Notes under the pieces: model-generated
Told to the model about the DNA's origin: nothing
The model's input: only the letters and a program-made list of their open reading frames with translations
Databases searched by the model: none
Source of the DNA: an uncultured Methanosarcinales archaeon
GTDB lineage: Archaea > Nanobdellota > Nanobdellia > Woesearchaeales > CAYSVS01
DNA length: 32,000 nt
Reading direction: 5' to 3'
Assembly (NCBI GenBank): GCA_964589485.1
Contig: CAZPRK010000002.1
Span: 453-32,452, forward strand
Part shown: positions 17,680 through 27,073 of the stretch, piece by piece
Layout of the letters: each line of letters begins with the position of its first letter
Position numbering within the stretch: position 1 is the first letter of the stretch
Translations under genes and position numbers: made by a program

Positions 17680-18195
17680 ATGAGAAAATTAATATTATCT
17701 GTATTCTTTGTTTTAATTCTAGTTGTTTCTGTTTTCGGTTTTTTTTCTAATGTTCAAAAAGAGCAAGATTGTGTTGATATTGTACACGAAGAAGAAGTTA
17801 CTTCGGTATCAACATGTACTTCTGAACGAATAGTTAAAACTTGTGATGATACTAATACTACTTGTGATGAAATAACTGAATCTTTTCAACATAAATGTTT
17901 AAACACTTCAATAGTTAAAACAATAGAAAAAAAATGTGTAACTAAATCTTTAACTTTAGATAATCATAAAATTAATGTTGAAGGTTATGAATGTTCTGTT
18001 AATGATAATGTTGTAATTTGTGATTCTAAGTTTGATGGGAATGGAGACGGAATATGTACTTCTGGAGAAAGTTGTATGAAATTTGATTTTGATCAAGGAA
18101 GTTATACTCAGTATGAAAAGAATAGTAATTTGGATTTTGTTGAAAGTGATGAAAGTTTCTTTGTAGATAAAGCTTCAGTGGAGGTTTTAAAATGA
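17680..18195 (+). CDS. Small Cys-rich secreted or membrane-anchored protein, first gene of the toxin operon
   Basis: It has an N-terminal hydrophobic segment (LILSVFFVLILVVSVFGFF) and at least 14 Cys in 171 aa. GGGGTG lies before the ATG, and a TATA-like CTATTTATATC sits at about 17633-17643. I recognise no family. Confidence 0.65.
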   Translation: MRKLILSVFFVLILVVSVFGFFSNVQKEQDCVDIVHEEEVTSVSTCTSERIVKTCDDTNTTCDEITESFQHKCLNTSIVKTIEKKCVTKSLTLDNHKINVEGYECSVNDNVVICDSKFDGNGDGICTSGESCMKFDFDQGSYTQYEKNSNLDFVESDESFFVDKASVEVLK

Positions 18196-19910
18196 AAAGA
18201 TTAATTTTATTTTTATTATTACTTCCAATTGTAAGTGCATGGAACCTTCCAAGTGAAACTGATGGTTTTCATATGATTTTACCTTTAGATACTAATTTAT
18301 TAGATAGTGTTAGTAATAGTTCTACTGGTGGAAATTCTAATTGGAAACTTAATGCTGGAGCTACTAATTTTACTTCAATTTCTCGTGATGGGAACGGTGC
18401 TTACAGTATTCAAACTTCAAATGATAATACAATATATAATGATAGTAATTTTGATCAAGCATTTGCTAGTGGAGGAGCTATATGTTTTTCGGTTTATCCT
18501 CATGAGGATATTACTGTTGATGATACGATGATTTGGCAAAATCCAAATACTGGTGGTCAGTTTGATGGACATACTTCAATTGGATATAATGCAGTTTGGC
18601 CTTACAAATGGAGAAGGGAAGATAACCCTGGAGGATCCGGTGAAAAATCTATCACTATTCCATATAATGTAGAACTTGATGCTTGGAATTCTTTATGTTT
18701 AGTGTATAATAATAGTTACCATAAATTTTGGCTTAAGAATAATAATGGATCAGAATGGAGTGTTACGGATACAACTCAAAGTAGCGGTGCAGGGTTTGTT
18801 GGATCACATTCAGATTATTTAGGTAATACTTACCTTTATGGAAGTGCTGACGCCCCAGGAGATGTTGGAGTTAACGTTATCGTAGATGGTTTAGTTGGAT
18901 TTAAAATTTGGCCAGATGAACATTTATTAGAAAGTTATCATGCAGGAAATTGGACTATTGTTGATTCAAATGCTCCTGTGTTTTCATCAATAAATTGTAC
19001 ATCTTGTAATGATGCCGTTTCACCATACTCTAGTTCAAATTTATCTCCTTCATTTTATTTTGAAACAGATGTTAATGCAAATTGTAGAATTGCTAGTACA
19101 AATATAAATTATACTGCAATGGGAAGTTCAAAAAATTGTTATCAAGGTCAAGGTGAAAATACTCATACTTGTATTTTAACAGATGAATTAGATAGTGTTG
19201 TTGATTATGTGTATGCAGCATGTCAAAATAGTATTAGTTCTAATGAAAATTCAACAACTTTTTTGATGGACATAATTGCACCTCAAATTACAGCAATAAA
19301 TTGTACTTCATGTAACATTCCTAATGGTGATGTTGTTGCACCTTATACGACTTCAGATACAACTCCTACATTTACATTTAATACTGATGTTGGAAGTTAT
19401 TGTAGAGTTTCAGATTCAGCATTAAATTATTCAGTTTTAGGGGATTCTAGAAATTGTACAGGCGGACAAGGTGGAAGAAGTCATACTTGTAGTTTAACAG
19501 TTCAAGACGAATTAGTTTCTTCAACTGATAATATGTATGTGATTTGTGAAAATGGAGTAGTTGATAATGGGTATAGTACATTACAAATGGACATAACTAA
19601 CTTACAAGGTAATACTTCGAATGCAATTGAATGGGGAATTCAAAATAGTTCAATTTGGCCAAATGTTAAAATTTACACAAATCAACAAATTTATCTTCGT
19701 AATTTACAAAATCAACAAGTGTTGGCTACTGCCGATAAAGTTGCAGTTTATAAAAATCAAAGATGGATTTTAAATGTAGCTATTGATTCTGAAAGTAAAC
19801 TTGGATTGTTTAATTTAACGCCAGTTGTTTATGTTTTAGACATGGCTAACATTTCTATAACTGATATAAGGTCAAAAGTAAGTTCATTAATAACGGCTAC
19901 TGTAAAATGA
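18192..19910 (+). CDS. Secreted LamG/concanavalin-A-like lectin-fold protein with two Cys-containing repeat modules
   Basis: It has a signal peptide (MKRLILFLLLLPIVSA). The N-terminal 250 aa have a LamG_3-like pattern (LPLDTNLLDSVSN...GGAICFSVYP...WNSLCLVYNN). Two modules of about 102-107 aa start at INCTSCN. There are ATGA overlaps with both neighbouring genes. Confidence 0.6.
   Translation: MKRLILFLLLLPIVSAWNLPSETDGFHMILPLDTNLLDSVSNSSTGGNSNWKLNAGATNFTSISRDGNGAYSIQTSNDNTIYNDSNFDQAFASGGAICFSVYPHEDITVDDTMIWQNPNTGGQFDGHTSIGYNAVWPYKWRREDNPGGSGEKSITIPYNVELDAWNSLCLVYNNSYHKFWLKNNNGSEWSVTDTTQSSGAGFVGSHSDYLGNTYLYGSADAPGDVGVNVIVDGLVGFKIWPDEHLLESYHAGNWTIVDSNAPVFSSINCTSCNDAVSPYSSSNLSPSFYFETDVNANCRIASTNINYTAMGSSKNCYQGQGENTHTCILTDELDSVVDYVYAACQNSISSNENSTTFLMDIIAPQITAINCTSCNIPNGDVVAPYTTSDTTPTFTFNTDVGSYCRVSDSALNYSVLGDSRNCTGGQGGRSHTCSLTVQDELVSSTDNMYVICENGVVDNGYSTLQMDITNLQGNTSNAIEWGIQNSSIWPNVKIYTNQQIYLRNLQNQQVLATADKVAVYKNQRWILNVAIDSESKLGLFNLTPVVYVLDMANISITDIRSKVSSLITATVK
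18972..19598 (+). repeat. Tandem in-frame duplication (two units of about 306-320 nt) inside the LamG-like gene
   Basis: Unit 1 reads APVFSSINCTSCN..SPSFYFETDVNANCRIAS..NYTAMGSSKNCYQGQGENTHTCIL..FLMDII. Unit 2 reads APQITAINCTSCN..TPTFTFNTDVGSYCRVSD..NYSVLGDSRNCTGGQGGRSHTCSL..LQMDIT. Confidence 0.8.
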
Positions 19911-22900
19911 AATTAAAATTATTTTTTATGTTTTTGTTACTTGTTCAAGTTAGTTACGCGGCTAGTGAATATAGACCTTATTTACATGAAGCTGTAGTGC
20001 CAGAACATCCAGATGTAAAGTTATTTGGACAATATAGTACTAATTTATTTCCTGGAGCTGCAACTTATAGTTATGGTATAGAAGTTCCTAAAGGAGTAAA
20101 TGGTTTACAGCCTTTAATTTCTTTAAGTTATAATAGTCAATCAAATGATAAGTGGACTTTTACTTCAAGTTACATTTATAGAGATAGAAATAGTACTATT
20201 AGTGATGAAAGTGATGATGAGTTTATTTTAATTTTGGAAGGAGTTGCATATGAATTAAGGTATGATGGAAATTTTTGGCATACTGAAGTAGAATCTTATT
20301 TTAAAGTTGAAAATTATAGTAACCATTGGGTTTTGACTAAGAAAAATGGGAAAAAATATACGTTTGGAAATAATTCATTAATTTCTAATCATAGATGGTA
20401 TGTTGATCAAGTTACAGATTTACATGGAAATAATATTTATTATAATTATTTCTTAGATAATGGTACATTGAAAATATTAAACGTAAAATATAATAATGAT
20501 CAAACTAGAGAAATTAAATTTAATTATGAAGAAAAACCTAGACAAAGAGTTGTATATGATAATGGTTTAATAGTTCATGAAACAAAAAGAGTTAAAGATA
20601 TTTCTGTTTTTGCTCCTTCTTTAGTAAGAAGATATTCTTTTTCTTATACACAACTAAGTCCATTTATATCTTCACTTTCTTTAATTAAATATTTTGGAAG
20701 TGATAATAGTTCTATTTTACATAATATTAGTTTTGATTATTATATTTCTAATTTAGATATTGAAAATAGTACTGAAGATTGGGATGCACCTGAATCTTTT
20801 ACTAATGTGAATAATTATGATTTTGGGGTTAGGTTAGTTGATTTTAACCATGATGGATATGTTGATATGGTTCAAGGAAATCAAGATACTGAAACTAAAA
20901 ATGTTTGGATTAATAATAAAACAAAAGGATGGGTGAATTTAAGCACATGGAATGTTCCTGAATATTTTGTTCATACTGATAAAACAGATCAAGGAGTTAG
21001 ATTAATGGATATTAATAATGATGGATTTGTTGATACGATTAAAGCAAGAGATGGAGATAGAGTTGTTTATCTTAATAATAAAACTGGATGGAATTTGAGT
21101 AGTTGGGTAATGCCTTTAGATATTTTAAATTCTGTAGCAGAAGATATGGGTATTAGATTCGGAGATGTTAACGGAGATGGATTTATTGATTTTATTAGAG
21201 CAAAAGGTGGTAGTAGGAATGTTTATTTGAATAATAGAACTGGTTGGGTAGATTCATGGAATAATTTTCCTGCAGATTTTACAACTGCTGCTGGTAAGGA
21301 TAGTGGTTTAAGATTATTGGATGTAAATGGAGATGGATTGCCAGATCTTACTAAAAGTACTCCAACAAGTAGTAATACTTGGTTAAATAATGGATCAGGT
21401 TGGGAAAGTTATTCGAAATTTATATCTCCTGTTGCTTTTATAACTTCAGAAGATAAAGATAACGGAATAAGATTCTTAGATTTAAATAAAGATGGTTTAA
21501 TTGACTTTTGGGAGGGTCATGATACAACTTTGAAAGCTTATATAAATAACGGAACAGGTTGGATTGAAAATAATACTTGGGCTCCAAGAGAAGCTTTATT
21601 GTATAATAATGAGAATACAGGAAGAAGATTAGCCGATGTTAATGGAGATGGATTTGTTGATGTGATTATAAGTCATGATAATATTGGCAAGTATACTTAC
21701 TTGAGAAATTTTACACTTCCTTACTTATTAAAATCAATAACTAATGAATATGGAGGAAAGGTTGTAATAAATTATAGTACTTCTACTTCATTTAATAATT
21801 CTGAAAATGGATTTAGTGAACTTGGATTTAATTTATTTGTTGTAACTAATGTTACAATGAATGGGTCAGTTTCTTATAACTATTCTTTTGGAAAGTATAA
21901 TTATAATAAAAATGAATTTCGAGGTTTTGGGAAAAGTGTTGAAATAAAGCCTGGAAAAGTAATTAAACATTATTTTTATCAAGATGATCCTAGGAAAGGT
22001 AAAGAGTTTAAAACTGAAGTTTTTGGAAATAGTTTGTTATCAAAAAATGTTAAAGATTATAATTATACTTATAATGGAGTGTATAATGTAAGTTTAATTT
22101 TTTCTTCTGATTATATTTATGACGGTTTAGAAGTTCCTAAAGTTACAAATAAAACTTATGTTTATGATTCATTTCATAATTTAATTTCATTAAAAGATTT
22201 GGGAGATATTAATATAGAAGGAGATGAACATTATACTAATTATACTTATTCTACTAAAAATTGGATTTTAGATAGAATTGCCTCAGTTACTGAATTTGAT
22301 TCAGATAATAATAAAGTAAAACAAACTAAATATTTTTATGATAACTTAGGATTGAATGCATTAGGAAGTTTTGGAGATTTGACTAAAGTAGAAAAATGGT
22401 CTTCGAATAGTTCTTTTAATTATTTTGTATATGATAATTTTGGTAATTTGATTAGAGAAATTGATAGTCTCGGGGGAAGTACTAAATATGGTTATGGATT
22501 GTATAATACTTATTTAGCTTATTCAGTAAATCCTTTAGGACATATTACTTCTTTTGGATATGATTTGGGTACAGGTAACTTAATATTTCAAGAAAGTAAT
22601 GGAATTAATACTTCATTTGAATATGATGTTTTTGGTCGTATATTAAAAGAAATTAAACCTTATGATTCTTTACTTTTACCAACTAAGAACTATACTTATG
22701 TATTTGATGGGACTGTTCCTGAATTAGTTAAAGTTTCTTCAAGAACTACAAGTAATAAAAGTGATTCAATTTCTTATTATTATGACGGATATGGAAATTT
22801 AATTCAAATTAAAACAGATGTTGATTCAAGACAAATTGTAAAAAATATTTTTTATGATTCTGAATTTAGAGTTTTTTCAGAACAAAATCCTTATTTTTCT

Positions 22901-25240
22901 GCTAAAACTGAAAATTTATCTTCAATTTCAAATGATGCAAGAACATATTATACTTATGATGCTTTGGATAGAGTAATTGGTGTGTTGAATTCTGATTCTA
23001 CTTCTAAGAATGTTACTTTTTTACAATATAATATTACTGATTTTGATGAAAATAGTAATAAACATATTTATACATTAGATGGTCGTGGGAGAATTTCTAA
23101 AGTATATGAATTTAATTTGGGAGAAACTTATGTTACTTTTTATACGTATGATGGTAATGATAATTTAGTTTTAATTGTTGATAATGAAGGTAATGAATTC
23201 AGTTTTACTTATGATTCATTGAATCGTAAGGTTAGAATGAACGATCCAGATTTAGGAGAATGGAATTATTATTATGATGTTAATGGTAATTTGGTTAGGC
23301 AAGAAGATGCAAAAAATAATACTATTACTTTAAATTATGATTTATTGAATAGAATATTGCATAAAAATTCTTCTAATGTAAATATAACTTTCAATTACGA
23401 TAAAGATTATTTAGGAACTTTAAGTAATTTAACAATGGGAGACATTGTATTTAAGTATGAATATGATGATAGATTAAGGTTAGTAAAACAAATTCAAAAT
23501 TTGGAAGGAGTTGAAGTAACTAATGAATATCTTTATGATAGTCAAGATAGGTTAATTTCAGAAAATTCATTAGATTACATTTACAATTATCAAGGATTAG
23601 TTTCTTCAATTCCTGGGTATATTGATTCTTCTTTTTATAGTGCTTTCGGAACTATGCTTAATAGAAGTTATAATAATGGGTTATTACAAACTTTTAGTTA
23701 TATTGATGATAATAATAGATTAAAGTTAATTAATATTAACAATGTTCAAAATTTAAATTATACTTACGATAATGTTGGAAATATTTTGAAGATTGTAGAT
23801 TCAAATAAAAATCATATTTTAACTTATGATGGATTGGATAGATTAGTTACTGCAACAATTGGTTCTGATAATTACAGATATGCATATAATTCTATAGGAA
23901 ATATTATGAATCTAGTTAGTAATAATAATGCTAAGAAATTTATTTATTCATCAGGACATGCACCTGTTAAAATATTAGAAAATGTTTCCAGTGTTGATTT
24001 GTATAATCCAAAGGATACAAATTCAGGAAATAAAACCCGAACATTTAAGTTTAATTTAACTCAAGATACAAATATTAACAGTACAGCGAATTGGACAGTT
24101 TATTTTGGAGATGGTAGTAGTTCATCAGGTTCAACTACAGATTCTTTAGTAACTGTTCAGCATACTTATGCAAATGGGGGAACTTACGATGTTGGTTTTG
24201 TTACAGATTATGATGAACAAAATCTTTCTTTAACTTTTGGAGCAAGAGCTGAATCTTTAACTTTGGTTTCAAGTAATACTTCTACTAGATTATTTGAGTT
24301 AAAAATAACTAATGATATGTTAGAAAATGCATTAAATGTTGGTTGGAATTGCAGTTTGGGTTTAAGCTCTACTTCTTTGGTTAATTTATCTTCAGAGATG
24401 TATGTAAATATTACTGCAAACTTCACAACTCCTGGAAATAAATTGTTTAATTGTACAGTTACTTCAGATGATGGTAGTGAAAGTATTACTTTACCTTTAG
24501 AAGTTAAAGGATTAGAAGTTAAAGAGTATGATGTTTTATTAGAAAATAAATCTAAACGTATTGTGTCTTATAACTTAGTTAATCATTTTTCAACATTAAA
24601 TACTAACCTATCTCATAATATTGAAGGGTTTTCTACAACTGTAAATGTAAGTGATGATGTGATGGTGTTTGCAGAAGTAAATTATACTTCAGACGGACAT
24701 AATGAATTTATAATAACTTCAAATTATTCCACTGGATATGTGGATAGTTTTACTAAAGTTGGAGTTAGTATTGAGAATTTCTCAAGAGTAAATAATATAA
24801 TTAATATGATGTTATACAATTATTGGTATCCTGGAACTATTTATTTTAACATTAGCGAAGTAGATAACTCTACAACTGAAAATATACTTAAGTACAACAA
24901 AGAAGTTTCTAAAGATAGAGTTGAAGTTTCTGCATTTACTTCATCTTATGTTGATAAATTAATTAGTGTTTATTTAGGAAATCCTTTCCAAGTTTCATTA
25001 TTAACTTTACATGAAGGAGAAATAGTAGTAAATGAGTTAATTGTTGATAATGATCAAGGTCAGTTAATTGATTGGCAATTTAATACTGGAGTTGAAAATG
25101 TATTTTCTACAAATTCAGTAAATGATAGCGTAATGGTGTTTATAGAAAGTAATTATTCTATAGATGGAGTGTATAAAACTGTTGCAACTGTTAATAGTTC
25201 TTCTAATTCTAATAATGTTACTGGGGTGGTTGTTAAATGA
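19907..25240 (+). CDS. TcB/TcC-like RHS shell protein (SpvB N-domain, FG-GAP/VCBS propeller, YD repeats) with a C-terminal PKD/Ig-like region and no RHS core
   Basis: It has a signal peptide (MKLKLFFMFLLLVQVSYA) and an SpvB-type motif (GAATYSYGIEVPKGVNGLQPLISLSYNS). Six D.N.DG..D repeats span 20.83-21.67 kb (DFNHDGYVD, DINNDGFVD, DVNGDGFID, DVNGDGLPD, DLNKDGLID, DVNGDGFVD). It has a TcdB-mid-like ITNEYGG..NYS..FVVTNV and many YD repeats (YDNFGNLIREID, YDVFGRILKEI, YDGYGNLIQI, YDVNGNLVRQED, YDNVGNILKIVD, YDGLDRLV) up to about 23.92 kb. A PKD-like WTVYFGDGSSS...HTYANGGTYDV lies at about 24.09-24.21 kb, followed by repeated sequon-rich modules. Confidence 0.9.
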   Translation: MKLKLFFMFLLLVQVSYAASEYRPYLHEAVVPEHPDVKLFGQYSTNLFPGAATYSYGIEVPKGVNGLQPLISLSYNSQSNDKWTFTSSYIYRDRNSTISDESDDEFILILEGVAYELRYDGNFWHTEVESYFKVENYSNHWVLTKKNGKKYTFGNNSLISNHRWYVDQVTDLHGNNIYYNYFLDNGTLKILNVKYNNDQTREIKFNYEEKPRQRVVYDNGLIVHETKRVKDISVFAPSLVRRYSFSYTQLSPFISSLSLIKYFGSDNSSILHNISFDYYISNLDIENSTEDWDAPESFTNVNNYDFGVRLVDFNHDGYVDMVQGNQDTETKNVWINNKTKGWVNLSTWNVPEYFVHTDKTDQGVRLMDINNDGFVDTIKARDGDRVVYLNNKTGWNLSSWVMPLDILNSVAEDMGIRFGDVNGDGFIDFIRAKGGSRNVYLNNRTGWVDSWNNFPADFTTAAGKDSGLRLLDVNGDGLPDLTKSTPTSSNTWLNNGSGWESYSKFISPVAFITSEDKDNGIRFLDLNKDGLIDFWEGHDTTLKAYINNGTGWIENNTWAPREALLYNNENTGRRLADVNGDGFVDVIISHDNIGKYTYLRNFTLPYLLKSITNEYGGKVVINYSTSTSFNNSENGFSELGFNLFVVTNVTMNGSVSYNYSFGKYNYNKNEFRGFGKSVEIKPGKVIKHYFYQDDPRKGKEFKTEVFGNSLLSKNVKDYNYTYNGVYNVSLIFSSDYIYDGLEVPKVTNKTYVYDSFHNLISLKDLGDINIEGDEHYTNYTYSTKNWILDRIASVTEFDSDNNKVKQTKYFYDNLGLNALGSFGDLTKVEKWSSNSSFNYFVYDNFGNLIREIDSLGGSTKYGYGLYNTYLAYSVNPLGHITSFGYDLGTGNLIFQESNGINTSFEYDVFGRILKEIKPYDSLLLPTKNYTYVFDGTVPELVKVSSRTTSNKSDSISYYYDGYGNLIQIKTDVDSRQIVKNIFYDSEFRVFSEQNPYFSAKTENLSSISNDARTYYTYDALDRVIGVLNSDSTSKNVTFLQYNITDFDENSNKHIYTLDGRGRISKVYEFNLGETYVTFYTYDGNDNLVLIVDNEGNEFSFTYDSLNRKVRMNDPDLGEWNYYYDVNGNLVRQEDAKNNTITLNYDLLNRILHKNSSNVNITFNYDKDYLGTLSNLTMGDIVFKYEYDDRLRLVKQIQNLEGVEVTNEYLYDSQDRLISENSLDYIYNYQGLVSSIPGYIDSSFYSAFGTMLNRSYNNGLLQTFSYIDDNNRLKLININNVQNLNYTYDNVGNILKIVDSNKNHILTYDGLDRLVTATIGSDNYRYAYNSIGNIMNLVSNNNAKKFIYSSGHAPVKILENVSSVDLYNPKDTNSGNKTRTFKFNLTQDTNINSTANWTVYFGDGSSSSGSTTDSLVTVQHTYANGGTYDVGFVTDYDEQNLSLTFGARAESLTLVSSNTSTRLFELKITNDMLENALNVGWNCSLGLSSTSLVNLSSEMYVNITANFTTPGNKLFNCTVTSDDGSESITLPLEVKGLEVKEYDVLLENKSKRIVSYNLVNHFSTLNTNLSHNIEGFSTTVNVSDDVMVFAEVNYTSDGHNEFIITSNYSTGYVDSFTKVGVSIENFSRVNNIINMMLYNYWYPGTIYFNISEVDNSTTENILKYNKEVSKDRVEVSAFTSSYVDKLISVYLGNPFQVSLLTLHEGEIVVNELIVDNDQGQLIDWQFNTGVENVFSTNSVNDSVMVFIESNYSIDGVYKTVATVNSSSNSNNVTGVVVK

Positions 25241-26520
25241 AATCACTCCAAAGAATTGCTTTGCTTTTATCTATGCTTATGATATCTTTACCTATTGTAT
25301 TCTCATTAGAATTAACTTATGATGCGAATGGGAACTTAGTTACTGGTGATGGAAAATATAGAGAATATAATAGTTTGAATCAATTGTATAAAGTGTATAA
25401 TGGAAGTTCAGATGCAGGAACTTTATTACAGGAATATAAACATCATCCTACTGAGGAGAGAATTCTAGTTAAGAAAGAATATTTTGTTAACGGAAGTGTT
25501 AAGGAAAGAACTATTTATATTTCTAAAAGTTTAGTTAAGGTAATTAATAGTTCAGGTGAATTTGATTTTAATTATGTTTACCATAATGGTCAGTTGATAG
25601 CTCAAGAAATGAACGGAGATAAGAAGTTTATTCATGCAGATCATTTAGGAAGTAGTAGTGTTGTTACTGATAGTTCAGGCACAGTAATAGAGAATACTAC
25701 TTATTCTCCACATGGTGAAGTTGTATCGGGTGGAACTAAATCAAGATTCGGATACGAAGGCAAAGAGTTTGATTCTGTAGTAGGAGATACAGATTTCTAT
25801 TTTAGGAAATATAAACCTGAGTGGGGATTATTTACTCAACCTGATACTTTGATTCAGAACGTATACGACCCACAATCTCTAAACAGATACATGTTCGAGA
25901 GGGGTAACCCGTATAAGTATACTGATCCAAGCGGACATCAACCAGAATCTCCTGCGGGTGCAGTAGAAGAAGCAAATAAAGTAATAGCATCCTACCTTTA
26001 TGGTTTGGAAAGAAAAAGAATGGAGGAAGACAAACGTTATGAAAGATTATATGAGCTTTATCATGCTGAAAATCCAGAATTACCAAATAGTCCTTATGTT
26101 AATGTTTTAGTTTCAGCAGGGGGAAGCAGAACTATAGTTGAAAAACAAAGAAGAATAAGTTTAGGCATTCTTGAATCATGGAATTCTGTAAAATTAGATA
26201 AATTTGTTCAACAATCAAAAGTGATCCACATTGGCAATTCTTTAACTACTGCACAGCCTAAAATCTCTACTTCTTTAGATTCAGGAGGAAGTTCTTCAAG
26301 TGGATCATCTAGTGGAGGATTATTAAGTAAAATATGGAATTGGTTTACAGCAGGAGATGGAGATGATGGTTCTTCAAGTTCTTCTTCTTCATCAAGCAGT
26401 GGAAGTTCATCAAGTTCCTCTTCTAGTAGTAGTTCATCCAGCTCATCAGGAAGTTCATCCTCTTCAAGTGGAGGCGGATCCTCTGGAGATAGCAGTCCTT
26501 GGTGGTGTTTTTGGTGTTGA
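25237..26520 (+). CDS. RHS repeat-associated core protein with its own signal peptide, an unclassified C-terminal toxin region and a poly-Ser tail
   Basis: It has an N-terminal hydrophobic leader (IALLLSMLMISLPIVFS), a YD repeat (LTYDANGNLVTG) and core motifs (HADHLGSSSVVTDSSG..YSPHGE..FGYEGKEFDSVVGDTDFYFRKYKPEWGLFTQPDT..NRYMFERGNPYKYTDPSGH). The variable region after DPSGH starts at nt 25939. It has an ATGA overlap with the shell gene. Confidence 0.9.
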   Translation: MKSLQRIALLLSMLMISLPIVFSLELTYDANGNLVTGDGKYREYNSLNQLYKVYNGSSDAGTLLQEYKHHPTEERILVKKEYFVNGSVKERTIYISKSLVKVINSSGEFDFNYVYHNGQLIAQEMNGDKKFIHADHLGSSSVVTDSSGTVIENTTYSPHGEVVSGGTKSRFGYEGKEFDSVVGDTDFYFRKYKPEWGLFTQPDTLIQNVYDPQSLNRYMFERGNPYKYTDPSGHQPESPAGAVEEANKVIASYLYGLERKRMEEDKRYERLYELYHAENPELPNSPYVNVLVSAGGSRTIVEKQRRISLGILESWNSVKLDKFVQQSKVIHIGNSLTTAQPKISTSLDSGGSSSSGSSSGGLLSKIWNWFTAGDGDDGSSSSSSSSSSGSSSSSSSSSSSSSSSGSSSSSSGGGSSGDSSPWWCFWC

Positions 26521-26560
26521 CATTAATATTGGAAAAATTTAAAAATAATCAGGTGTTAAT

Positions 26561-27073
26561 ATGACTAATCAAATAAAAAAATTATTGATTCATCCTAAAA
26601 TGTTTTTTAGAGGTTTGAAAGAGGAAAAAAGCTATAAGAAAGCTTTAGTACCTTTCATCGTATTTTCTTTACTGATATATATATTTTGGTTTATTAAAAT
26701 TATATTACAAGTCAATAATACTCCTTTTTATTCAGGACCATCTTACTATGATTTTTTATTTGGAAACTTTGGTTTATTTTTTACCATCTATGCATTGGTC
26801 TTTTTGATTGCTGATATTATTATTTCACTTTTTTTCACGTTAGTAATAGTAGCTTTAGCTAAATTTATATGTTATTTAATAAAAGTAAAAATTTCTTTAA
26901 ATAAGATCTGGATTATATCAGTATATAGTTTAATTGCCTTTGTGTTGGCAAGTTTATTTCACTTTATAGCTTATTTTATCAACACTGCATTTTTAAAATA
27001 TGTTGGTTATGTATTCTACGCTTACTATCTCGTTCTTTTAATAATTGGAATTTTTGAGAATAGAGAAAAATAA
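26561..27073 (+). CDS. Multi-pass membrane protein, candidate immunity protein for toxin tip 1 (Yip1-like topology)
   Basis: It is 170 aa with 4-5 TM helices and starts 40 nt downstream of the toxin gene, the position expected for an RHS immunity gene. The family call is tentative. Confidence 0.55.
   Translation: MTNQIKKLLIHPKMFFRGLKEEKSYKKALVPFIVFSLLIYIFWFIKIILQVNNTPFYSGPSYYDFLFGNFGLFFTIYALVFLIADIIISLFFTLVIVALAKFICYLIKVKISLNKIWIISVYSLIAFVLASLFHFIAYFINTAFLKYVGYVFYAYYLVLLIIGIFENREK

Noticed and set aside
18307-18531. 74-aa alternative-frame ORF inside the LamG-like gene
   Set aside because: It is a same-strand overlapping frame with Leu/Ile/Val-rich composition, an AT-bias artefact.
24208-24426. 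72-aa minus-strand ORF inside the shell gene
   Set aside because: It is antisense to the 1777-aa CDS and has no supporting features.
25225-25245. Possible programmed frameshift or readthrough fusing the shell gene to the core/toxin gene
   Set aside because: There is no slippery heptamer. The downstream frame has a TAA immediately before its ATG, and the downstream protein starts with a signal-peptide-like hydrophobic segment. Separate, coupled translation is more likely.
25832-26086. 84-aa minus-strand ORF across the core/toxin junction
   Set aside because: It is antisense to the conserved RHS core and its composition is not protein-like.
26357-26542. 61-aa alternative-frame ORF over the poly-Ser tract
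   Set aside because: It is the same repetitive DNA read in another frame (Val/Leu/His/Gln-rich). The Ser frame is continuous with the upstream CDS.
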